DNA from: an uncultured Myxococcales bacterium | GTDB taxonomy: Bacteria > Myxococcota_A > UBA9042 > GCA-2863065 | Length of the DNA: 64,000 nucleotides | Assembly (NCBI GenBank): GCA_964545715.1 | Contig: CAZJHX010000029.1 | Location: 6,215 to 70,214, forward strand | Reading direction: 5' to 3' | Notes under the pieces: model-generated | The model's database searches: none | Seen by the model: the letters and a program-made list of their open reading frames with translations, nothing else | What the model was told of the DNA's origin: nothing | Shown: positions 31,101 to 43,100 of the stretch, piece by piece | Position numbering within the stretch: the first letter of the stretch is position 1 | Layout of the letters: the number at the start of each line of letters is the position of its first letter | Position numbers and translations under genes: made by a program

Positions 31101-34100
31101 CGCGCTCGGCGCGCTGTCGACCGACGCGGCTGAGACGGCGTTGAGCGCGGCCCTGACGGACGCGGTAGATGCGGTCCGCCTGGCCGCCGCGCGCTCTCTC
31201 GGGCGCCTGGCCGCCGGAGTCCCAGCGCTGACCGCGACGCTGGCGGACGGGAACGCAGCCGTCCGAAACGCCGCGGCGAGCGCGCTGGCGGACTGCGGAG
31301 CGGCGGGCTGGAAGGCTCTGGAGGCGGGCTGCGACCGCGACGAGGACGCCGCGCGCGAGGCCGCGTGCGTTGGATTAGGCGCAACCGGCGACGCCAAGGC
31401 GGGAGCTCGGCTTGCGCAGCGCTTGAGCTCTGACTCGGCGGCCGCGGTGCGGCTGGCAGCGGCGCGCGCGCTGGGCCTGGCGGTCGACGCAAAAGCCGGT
31501 GCGGCGGCGTTGGTCAGCGCCCTGGCCGGCGATGACAGCAGCGATGTCCGGCTGGCGTCGGCGCTGGCCCTGGCACCGTACGGACCCAAGGTGGCCGAGA
31601 CGCCCCTGATCGACTCGCTGGCCGATGCGTCCCGCCGAGTGCGTGAGGGGGCCCTGCAAACCCTGGCGCAGCTGGGCTGGATGCCTCAAGACGAGATGGC
31701 GGAGGCCGTCGTGGCGTTGGCCAAAGAGGATTGGCCGGGCCTGGCGCGCGTTGGCGAGACGGCGATTCCGATTCTGAGTCGGGTCGTACGCGAGGCCGGC
31801 AAAGACGCGGGCAGCGTGGACCGGCGTGTCGGCGCGATCGTGGCGCTGTCATCCATGGGCAGCAAGAGCGCGCTCGCAGCCGTCGACGCGGCGCTGCTGG
31901 ATGTGGCCGGACCCGTGCTTGTGGCGGCCTCACGCGCGCTCGGGCGTCACAGCGCGCTCGCGAGCGCGGCCGCGCGACCAAAGCTGCGGTCGCTGCTGGA
32001 CGACCCGCGCAAGGCCGTTCGCATCGAAGCAGCCGTGGCGCTGGGCCAGATCGGCGACGGCGACGCAGTGCCGAAGCTGACCGAGCTGTGCACCGAGGAT
32101 CCCGAGGCAGAGGTTCAGCTGGCCGCCTCCACGGCTCTTGCCAGCCCGACGCTTAAGCAGACGGACTTCCTGGTCGGGCAGCTGTCGTCGCCCACCGTGG
32201 CGGTGCGGGTTGCGGCGTGCGCGGCGCTTGGCGCCAGCGAAAACCCCGAGGTGATCGATCCGCTGATCGGCGCCCTGGGGGACGCTGTCTCGACGGTGCG
32301 TGTCGTCGCCGCTGCGGCGCTGGAGAAGCTGGGCTGGACGCCGGTCGGTGTGCGCTCAGAGATCGGCGCCGCCGGATACGGGCGCTGGCTGCTGAAGTCC
32401 GAGGCGGAGAGCGAGTTTGGCGCGGAGCGGGATCAGCGCGCGCTGCTGGCCGCGCAGCTGGGCTCGGGCGACGCGATCGCCAGGCGCGCCGCGCTGGAGG
32501 CGCTCACCCGGATCGGTGACGCAGGCGGCGCGGAGCTGGTCTACGGCTTGCTGGACGACGCGCATTGGCTGGTCCGACGCGAGGCTGCGCAGACGCTGCT
32601 AGCGCTTGGCGCCATTTCGGACGTGACACCGACCTTCTCGGGCCCGGCTGCGCCTGCAAAGCCGGCCAAGGGCAAAAAGGGCAAGACCAAGACCAAGACC
32701 AAGACCAAGACCAAAGCAGACGCGGTCGAGCCGGCGGTGCCGGAGGCGGCTCGGCGCGCCATCGCGACGTACGCGGCGCTTGGCCGCATGGATGAGGCGG
32801 CGGCCTTCGGCGTCCCGGCCATCGACGCGCTGACGCGGGCCGCGGCAGAGCAGCCGTCCGACGAGCGCATCTCGGCCTGCCGGGCCCTGGGCGCGATGGC
32901 GGTCCGGCTGCGCGCGGACGCCGGGGAGACCACTGAGCCGCTGAAAGCCCCGCTGAGCCGGTCGATCGTCGGCATGTCCGCAGCGCTGAAGCACACCGAC
33001 GCTGAAGTGCGTATCGCCGCGGCCCAGGGCCTCAGTGATACGGGTGTGGCGGAAGCGTCCGCGCCACTGACCGCAGCACTGGCGGACCCCGACTCCGCGG
33101 TGCGTTCGGGGGCGGCGGCTGCGCTGGCGACGCTGGCTCCGGCCGGACACGCGGCGCTGATCGACAGCCTGGGCAGCGACCGCGACGAGGTCAGGGAGGC
33201 CGCCCTTTGGGGTCTGCAGCCCATCGTGGCCGACGTGGACGCCGGACCGATGCTGACCGTGCTTGCCGACGACCCCGAAGACAGCGTCCGGCTGGCGGCG
33301 GCGACCGCGCTGGCCGGCAGTGGAGAGACCAGTGGGCTGATCGCGGCGCTTCACACGGACGGCGACGAGCGGGTCCGAGCGGCGGCGGCCACATCGCTGG
33401 GAACCACGTCTGGCGACGCCGCTGTGCAGGATGCGCTTATCGCGGGGCTGGCCGACCGCTACTCAGAGGTCCGCGACGCGGTGTTGGAGTCGCTGCACGC
33501 GACAGGCTGGAGGGCGGTAGGCCCCATGGCGGAGGCGCTGATCGCCCTCGCCCGCCAGGACTGGACCGAGCTTGCCGCGCTGGGCGAAGCGGGCACGCCG
33601 ATGCTGGCGCGCGTGGCTGCCGAGCGCGGAACGGACATCCCAAGCGTGCAGAGGCGGGTCGGGGCCCTGGACGCGCTGGCGACGCTCGGTGGCCCGGCGA
33701 CGGCGAGCGCCTTGGCTGCCGGCCTCTCCGACGAGCACGCGCTGGTTCGCGCCGCAGCGGCGCGCGGGCTCTCGCGGCCCGACACGGGAGCCGGCGCCGA
33801 GGTGCTGCCCGCGCTGCGCACGCTCGTGGCTACGGACCCCGTCGCCAAGGTACGCACGGCCGCGGCGACCGCCCTTGGCGCGGCCGGTGACAAAGAGGCG
33901 GTGTCGATCCTGCGGTCCGTGGCCGAGAGCGATCGCGACGCGACAGTCCGCTTTGCCGCCGCGGAGGCGCTGGCGATGCCGGCGATCCGCGAGACCTCGT
34001 TCCTGGTAACGAGGCTGTCGGACGCCTCGGCTGAGATACGCGCGGCGGCGGCTGAGTCGCTCGGTGACTGCGAAGATCCGAAGGCGATCGAGCCACTGAT

Positions 34101-37100
34101 CGGGGCGATGGGCGACGCGGACGCGCTCGTCCGTGACGCCGCCCAAAGAGCGCTGGCGAAGCTGGGCTGGATGCCGCTGGGCGTCCGCGCCGACGTCTCC
34201 GAGGTCGGCTATTCGCGTTGGGCCGGCCAAGCCGAGCTCGAGACGCGCACAGGCGTGACCGGCGACCAGGTTGGGGCTCTGCTGGTCGACGTGAAGGACG
34301 ATGACGCGCGCATCCGGCGGTGTGCGGTCGAGGCGCTGGGGCGGTGGAAGGACGCCGAGCTGTTCGCTGCAGTGCGGCCGCTGCTGGACGACAAGAACCG
34401 CTTTGTGCGGACCGAGGCGGCCATCGCGCTGGGCCTGCTAGGTGGCGCGCCGACGGCGAGCGAAGACGGCGCCCTGTCGTATGTGGCGCTGGGTCGCATG
34501 CAACAGGCGGCCGCGCTGGGAGACGTCGCGGCGCCGGCGCTGGGACGTGCCGTGCGCGAGCACGCGCTGGACGACCGAGTCGCGGCGGCCGAGGCCCTGG
34601 GTGGACTGAGCGCCAAGGCCGCTGAAGCCGCGCTGTTGGCCGGTTTGACCGATGCGGTCGCGCTGGTGCGCGCCGAGGCTGCCGCCGCGCTGGGGCGGGT
34701 CGGCGCGGGTGTCGACGGTCTCGCAACGGCGCTGAGCGACGCCTCGAGCCCGGTGCGACTGACGGCGGCCGGCGCACTGGCTGCGTGCGGCAAAGCAGGC
34801 GCTGCTGCCCTTCTGAGTGCATGCGAGAGTGAGGACGCCGGAGCACGAGCGGCGGCATGTGCGGGTCTGGCGATCGGCAAAGACCCAGAGACGGCGCCCG
34901 CGCTGGTGACGCTGCTGAGCAGCGACGCGGAGGCCGTGGTGCGCGCGTCCGCCGCGACGGCGCTGGCCGATGTGGTGGAGCCCAAAGCGGGCGGCGCGGC
35001 CCTGGCGGCGGCGCTGGCAGACGACGACGCAAGCCAAGTGCGCATCGCCGCGGCGAGCGCCCTGCAGGCGTACGGGGCCAAGGTGGCTCAGCAGCCGCTT
35101 GTCGACGCGTTGGGCGACGCGTCTCGCGGCGTGCGACGGGCGGTGCTGTCCGCGCTGTCGGCGCTCGGGTGGGCGCCCAAGGACGACCTGGCCGCCGTGA
35201 TCGTGGCGCTCGCGCGTGAGGACTGGGCGTCGCTGGCGCGCCTGGGCGAGATCGCCGTACCGATTCTGGGGCGCGTCGTCGGGGAGAAGGGCGACGATCT
35301 CGGCAGCATTGACCGCCGCGTCGGCGCGATCGAGGCCCTGTCGAGCGTCGGTACAAAGGCGGCTATCGCCGCGATCACGCCCGCTGTACGGGATGTCGCC
35401 GGGCCGGTGCTGGTCGCCGCCAGCCGAGCCCTGGGACTGAATGCCTCGCTGGCCGATCCGGCTGTGCGGCCACACCTGCGCTACCTGCTGGCGGACCCGC
35501 GCAAGAAGGTCCGAGTCGACGCCGCGGTAGCGTTGGGCCAGCTGGGCGACGAAGACGCGATCTCGAAGCTCTCGACGATGTGCGTGGACGACCCGGATCC
35601 CGAGGTGCGGCTGGCGGCGTCTTCGGCGCTCGCAAGTCCGACTCTGAAGCAGACCGGCTTCCTTGTGCAGCAGCTGCTCTCTCCGGATGCCGAGGTCCGC
35701 GCCGCGGCGTGCACGGCCCTGGGCCGCAGCGAGGACCCGGAGGTCATCGACCCGCTGATCGGCGCCATGGGCGATGCGGTGGCGCGCGTTCGCGCGGCCG
35801 CGGCGGCCGCGCTGACCGAGCTGCATTGGACGCCGGTCGGCGTGCGCGGCGAGATCGGAGATGCCGGCTACGGCCGGTGGCTGCTCAAGTCGGAGCTGGA
35901 GGCGGACCACGGCGCCGCGGACCAGCAGGCGTCGCTGCTGGGCGCCCAGCTGAAGTCGGGTGATGCGCCGGCACGACGATCCGCGCTGGAGGCGCTGGCG
36001 CGTGCGGGAGCGGATGTTGCGACCGCGGCGGTCGTGCCGCTGCTGGACGACGAGCACTGGTCGGTGCGCCGCGAAGCCGCCGAGACGCTGGCGTCGCTGG
36101 GCGTGCTGCCGCCGGCGCCGGACGGATTCTTCGGCGTCCCGAGACTGATCGAAGCACCGCCCCCGCCGGAGCCGGAGACGCCCCCGGAGGAGGAGGCGAA
36201 AAAGCCGAAGAAGGGCAAGAAAGCCAAAAAGGCGAAGAAGGCCGAGCCGGCGCCCGCTGAGCCAACCGGGGACGAGGCCCCATCGGTGCCGATGATCGTG
36301 GACATCCCGCCGGTGCCGCCCCAGGCCGGTCGTGCGGCCCTGGCGCTGGTGGCCCTGGGCCGCATGTCCGAAGCGGCGCGGCTTGGCGTACCCGCGCTGA
36401 AACCGCTGGCCCGGGCGGTGGCCGAGCAGCCGATTTCAGAGCGCCATGCCGCGGCTGAGGCGCTGAGCTGGTTGGCGATCACGCTGCGCGCGGAGGCCGG
36501 CGAGGCCGCAACCGAGGCCGTGGAGCCCCTGTTGTCCGAGGTGAGCGCCGGCCTGGCGGTCGGACTCCAGGATGACGAGACCGTCGTTAGAGTCGCTTGC
36601 GCGACGGCGCTGGGCGCCGCCGGTCAGACAGCGGGGTCTGTCGCAGCGCTGGCGGGCTCTTTGCCTGACGAGGACGAGGGCGCACGTGCGGCGGCGGCCA
36701 ACGGGCTGGCGGCCCTGGGCGAGGCCGGCGCGACCGCGCTCAACCAGGCGCTTGCGCACAAACAGGCCGTAGCACGAGCAGCGGCCGCTACTGCGCTGGC
36801 CAACGTGCCGTCCGCGGCGGACCGCGACCAGCTCAGCGCGCTGCTGGCGGGCGACGCCGACGTGTCTGTCCGCGTGTGCGCAGCCAGCGCTCTTGCGGCG
36901 ACGGGTCACGGTCCTATCGGCGTGCTGGCCGCCGCGGTGGCCGGTGATGAGGACGAGCGGGTACGAACCGCGGCGGCCGTCGGACTGGGACAGGCAGCCA
37001 CGATCGAGCCCACGGACGCCGCTGCGGCGACGGCTGCCCAGGGTGCGCTGATCAGCGCGCTGGGCGACCGCTTCTCGGACGTACGAGAGGCGGCGCTGGC

Positions 37101-40100
37101 CTCGCTGGCGCAGATCGGATGGCGGCCGGAGGGCGTGATGGCCGAGGCCCTGGTGCTGCTCGCCCGGCAGGACTTCCGCGGGCTGGGTGGGCTGGGCAAA
37201 CCGGCAACGCCGCTGCTGGTCGGCGTGGTCCGCGAGAGAGGGTCGGACCCCGCGAGCCTGGAGCGGCGGACCGGGGCGATCGATGCGCTCAGCCGGATCA
37301 GCGGCCCGGACACGGTGGCGGCGATCGAGAGCGCGCTGGCCGACGAGCACGCGCTGGTGCGCGCGGCGGCGGCGAAAGCCATCGGCCGCAGACACGCCGA
37401 TGCCGCACCCTCGGCCCGACCGATTCTGAGGGCGCTGCTGGCCAATGATGGCGTTGCCGGGGTGCGTATCGCTGCCGCCCTCGCGCTGGGGCTGCTGGGC
37501 GACATGGACGCGGTGACCCTGCTGCGCAATGCCGCCGAGCAGGACCGTGACGTGACCGTGCGCTTCGCCGCAGCGGAGGCGCTGGCGTCGCCGGCCATCA
37601 AGGAGACCACGTACCTGATCGCCAGCCTGAGCGACCCGGTCGCCGGACGGCGGGCGGCGGCCGCAGAGGCGCTGGGCGACAGCACCGACACCAGCGCGAT
37701 CGACCCGCTGATCATCGCGCTGGGCGACGCGGATGCCGGCGTACGCGACGCGGCGCAGCGCGCGCTGGAGAAGCTTGGGTGGATGCCACTGGGTGTTCGG
37801 GCCGATGTGGCTGATACCGGATATGCGCAGTGGGCTTCGCGCGCCGCTATCGAGGCACGGACCGGGACGAGCAACGACCAGAAGAAGGCGCTGGCCCTGG
37901 AGGTCAAGAGCACGGACGCCGCGGCACGGCGCTGCGCGCTGGAGGCGCTGGGGCGCTGGAAGGACGCGGCGCTCTACGACGTGGTTGTGCCGCTGCTGGA
38001 CGACGCCAACCGCCATGTCCGCGCAGAGGCGGCCATCGCGCTGGGCCTGCTGGGCGGTGCGCCGACGACGGGCGCCAACGGCGCGCTGGCGCTGGTGGCG
38101 ATGGGACGGATGCGCGAGGCGGCCGCACTTGGCGACGTCGCCGGACCAGCCTTGTCACGCGCAACTCGCGAACATCGGCTGGCCGAGCGCACGGCGGCCG
38201 CTCAGGCGCTGGGCGTGCTGAGCGCAGCCGTCGCCGAGGCGGCGCTGTGTGAGGCCATCGCGGATGATGTCGCCGAGGTGCGGCTGACCGCGGCCAGCTC
38301 GCTGGCACGGATAGGCGCCGGCGTGCCTGCGCTGTCGACCGCGCTGACCGACAGCGTTCGGCAGGTCCGATGCGCTGCTGCGGCGGCGCTGGCGCGTTGC
38401 GGCAAGGATGGCGCGGTCGCTCTCATCGGTCTGTGTGGTGCACCGACGGCTGAGGCTCGTGAGGCGGCCTGCCTCGGCCTGAGCACGGTAGATGACGCAA
38501 AAGCGGCCGCTGCGCTGGCGGAGCGGCTGGACCGCGACGACACCGCGATGGTGCGTGTCGCCGCGGCTACCGCATTGGAATCGGCCGGACCGGCGACCCG
38601 GAAAGCTGGCGGCCCGGCGCTGGTGGCGGCCCTGGACTGCGACGAGCACAGCGTGGTCCGCGCGACGGTGGCACGCGCGTTGGTCGCATATGGGGCGGGC
38701 ACGGCGCAGGAGCCGCTGATCCGCGCGCTGGGAGACAGCTCGCGAACCGTGCGCCAGCAGGTGCTGGAAGCCCTGGCGGCGCTGGGCTGGGTGCCGGCGG
38801 ACGACATGGCGACCGCGGTGGTCGCGCTGGCGCGAGAGGACTGGCCGGCGCTGGCCCGCCTCGGTGAGACGGCACTGCCGATGCTGGCGCGAGTCGTGCG
38901 CGAGCGGGGCGGCGACGCCGGCAGCGTGGATCGCCGCGTCGGAGCTGTGAACGCGCTGGCCACCATCGACGAGGCCGCGGCTGTCAGCGCGATCGAGCCC
39001 GCGCTTCAGGACGTGGCGGGGCCGGTCCTGACCGCGGCCGCGCGGGCGATCGGCTTGCGCGCAGCCGCCGCCCCATCCACGGTCATGCCGCCCCTGCGCG
39101 AGCTGCTGGGTGACCCCAGACCCAAGGTGCGCATCGAGGCGGCCGTTGCGCTGGGCCAGCTGGGTGACAGCGACTCAGTGTCCCTGTTGACGGCGCTGGC
39201 CGAGTCCGATCCGTCCGCGGAGGTGCGCCTGGCCGCCGCCGCGGCGCTGGCCAGCCCGCAGCTGAAGCAGACGGGCTTCCTGGTACAGCAGCTGGGTGCG
39301 GCGCAGCCCGATGTTCGCGAGGCGGCCTGCCGCGCACTGGGCGACAGCGAGGATCCGGACGTCATCGACCCGCTGATCGGGGCGCTGGGCGACGCGGTGG
39401 CCGCGGTGCGCGCTGCGGCATCAGCCTCCCTGGAGAAGCTGGGCTGGACGCCGCTGGGCGAGCGCGGCGAGACCGCGGACAGCGGGTACTCCCGGTGGCT
39501 GCTCAAGTCGGAGTTGGAAGCGCTGCACGGCATCGCGGGTCAGCCGCAGATCACGCTGATCGAGGCGCAGCTCGGAGCGGGAGATGCCCAGGCGCGCCGG
39601 TCCGCACTGGAAGCCCTGGCCCGGGCGGGAGCCGTACAGGCCGAGGCGGTGGTGCTCAGACTGCTGGACGATGCGGACGCGCTGGTTCGCCGAGAGGCCG
39701 CGTTGACGCTGGCGGCGCTGGGCCTGTTGCCGCAGGCGCCCGACGGACTGTTCGGGATGCCGCAGCCCGCCGCAGCCGCGGTGGCGGCCCCCGAGCCCGA
39801 GGCGGAGAAACCGGCCAAGGGCAAGAAGGCCAAGGCCAAGAAGGGCAAGAAGGCGGAGCCGGAGCCGGAGCCCGCAGCAGCCGAGCCTGAGGCGCCGGCG
39901 ATCCCGCCGGCCGCCGTGCACGCGTCTCTGGCGCTGGTCGCGCTGGGCCGAATGGATGAGGCAGCCGCGCTTGGTGTACCGGCGCTGGCGCCCCTGGTGC
40001 GCGCCATCCGAGAGCAGGTCCCGGATGAGCGACGCGCCGCGGTAATCGCGCTGGGCTCGTTAGCGACAGCTGTGGTGGAGACAGCCGGCGCGGAAGCCGG

Positions 40101-43100
40101 CGCGGCGCTGTTGGGCCACTGTGCAGATGGGCTGGCTGCCGGCGTTCAGGACGACGACGTAGAGGTCCGTTTGGTGGCCGCTGGCGCCCTGGCGCGCGTG
40201 GGTGGGCTGGAGCAGTCCACGAGCGCACTGGTCGGCGCCCTCGGCGACACCAACGCAGCTGTTCGCGCCAGAGCTGCGGCGTCGTTGGCGACCGCCGGCG
40301 AGCTGGGCGCGGCAGCGCTGAATACGTGCCTGGCGGACGAGACCGCGACCGTCAGGGCGGCGGCTGTGGCGGCGCTGCGAGCCATTCCGGGGCTGGCCTC
40401 GGCGGACGTGGTCGGCGGACTGGTCGCGGGCGACCCCGACAAGTTTGTGCGGCGGACGGCTGCCGCGACGTTGGGCGCGATCGGCGCCGAAGGGACGGAT
40501 GCGTTGGCGCAGGCGCTGCGCCTGGATCCCGATGAAGCCGTGCGGGCCGCTGCAGCCACGGCGCTGGCATCAGCCGCCTCTGACGGCTCCCGGCGGGACG
40601 ACGCTCAGAAGGCGCTGATCAGCGCGCTGGGTGACCGCTTCAACGACGTACGTGACGCGGCGCTGGCGTCGTTGAAGGCCATCGACTGGCGGCCCGAGGG
40701 CGCCATGGCCGAGGCGCTGGTCGCGCTGGCACGCGAGGACTGGCCGGCGCTGGGCGAGCTTGGCGACGTCGGCTTGCCGCTGCTGGTTCGGGTCACGGGT
40801 GAGCAAGGTCTCGATCCGGCCAGCGTCAGCCGCCGCATCGGCGCCTTGAGCGCGCTGGGCGAGGTAGGCGGGGCCGAGGCGACCGCGGCGCTCGAGGCCG
40901 GGTTGAACGACGAGCATGCGATGGGTCGCGCGGCAGCGGCGCGGGGGATTCTGCGTAACCCGAAGACTGCGTCGGCAGACGTCCTGGTGCGCCTGCGCGA
41001 GCTGCTGCAGAGTGACCCCATCGCCAAGGTGCGGGTTGCCGTGGCGATCGCGCTGGGTGTGCTCGGCGACAAGAAAGCGGTTGGGCTGCTGCGGACTGCG
41101 GCCGAGAACGACCCGGATCTAACTGTGCAGTTTGCGGCGGCGGAGGCGCTTGCGTCGCCTGCGATCCGCGAGACCGACTTCCTGACGGAGCGCCTGACCG
41201 ATCCCGACGCGGAGGTGCGCGCGGCGGCCGCAGAGGCGTTGGGTCCCAGTGAGGACCCGAGCGCCGTCGACCCGCTTATCCGGGCGCTGGGCGACGCTGA
41301 CGCGCTGGTCCGAGACGCGGCGCAGCGGTCCCTGGCCATGCTGGGCTGGGTCCCGCTCGGGGTCCGCGCCGAGATCGCCGACGTGGGCTACTCCCGCTGG
41401 GCGACGCGCACCGAGCTGGAGGCCCGAACGGGCGTGGCGGGGGACCAGAAGAAGGCGCTGGCCGTCGACGCCACCAGCGACGACGCGGCCGTGCGCCGTT
41501 GCGCGGCGGAGGCGCTGGGTCGTTGGAAGGACACGGCGCTGTACGACGTCGTGCGGCCGCTTCTGGATGACCCGAACCGCTTCGTGCGGGCCGAGGCAGC
41601 CATCTCGCTGGGCCTGTTGGGCGGCGCACCGACGACAGGTGCGGAGGGCGCGCTGGCGTTTGTCGCTCAGGGCCGGATGGCGGCGGCGGCGGCGCTGGGC
41701 GCGGTGGCGGCGGCACCGCTGGCTCGCGCGGTTCGTGAGCACGCCTTTGATGAGCGGGCTGAGGCGGCCGAGGCGATGGCGGCGTTGGAGCCTAAGGCGG
41801 CCCAGGCCGCGCTGTCGGACGCGCTGGGCGACGACGTGGCGCTGGTGCGGCGTGCGGCGGCGCAGTCGCTGGGCCGGCTGCAGACCGGGATCGATGCGCT
41901 GGCGACCGCCCTTGCCGACAGCGTGTGGGATGTACGCACCTCGGCTGGACGCGCGCTGGCGGCGTGCGGCAAGGCCGGGTTGGCTGCGCTGACAAAAGCG
42001 TGTGAGCGCGACGAGTCCGAGGCCCGCGAGGCGGCGTGCATCGGACTCGGCCACAGCGCCGACGCCAAAGCAGTGGCCCCACTGGCTGCGCGTCTGGCAA
42101 GCGACAGCGTCACGATTGTCCGGCTGGAGGCCGCGATGGGCCTGGGGCAGGCGATCGATGCCAAGGTTGGGGCGGCCGCGCTGGTCAAGGCCCTCGACGC
42201 GGACGCGAGCAGCGCCGTCCGGGCGGCGGTCGCCCGATCGCTGTTGCCGTACGGCGCCAAGGCCGCAGAGACGGCGCTGGTTGGGGCACTGGGCGACCCG
42301 TCACGCACGGTTCGCCAGACCGTCCTCGAGACGCTGGCCGCGTTGGGCTGGACCCCCGCCGACGACATGGCAACCGCAGTGGTCGCGCTGGCGCGGGAAG
42401 ACTGGCCTGCATTGGCGTCGCTGGGCGCCATGGCCGTGCCCATGCTACGGCGCGTGCTGACGGAGACGGGTCGCGACGCCGGCAGCGTGGAGCGGCGCGT
42501 CGGCGCCGTGAGCGCGCTGACGTCGATCGGTGGCAAGGCCGCCGTGAAAGAGCTCACGGGGGCGTTGAACGACCTGGCCGGTCCGGTTCTGGCGCTGGCG
42601 GCGCGGGCCCTGGGCCGGCACGCGGACGACGTCGGAGAGGGCGGCCTGCCACGCCTGCGTGAGCTGCTCGAGGATGCGCGACCCAAGGTGCGGGTCGAAG
42701 CGGCCGTGGCGCTGGGCCAGCTGGGCGACGTCGACAGTGTGCATCGTCTGTCCGAGATCGCGACCGCGGACCCGGACGACGAGGTGCGGCTGGCGGCAGC
42801 CGCGGCGCTGGCCAGCAAGAAGCTGAAAAAGACCGACCTGCTCGTCGGCCAGCTGAGCGCGGCGACAGCGGAGGTGCGTGAAGCCGCGTGCGTGGCGCTC
42901 GGCGAAAGCGAAGACCCGGCCGTCATCGACCCCCTGATAGGCGCGCTGGGTGATGCCGTGGCAGGCGTCCGTGTAGCGGCGGCGGCGGCTCTGAGGGTGC
43001 TGGGTTGGACGCCGCTCGGCCTGCGCGCCGAGGTCGGCGACTCCGGCTACCAACGCTGGGTGCTGAAGTCCGAGCTGGAGACCACCCACGGCGCCGGCAA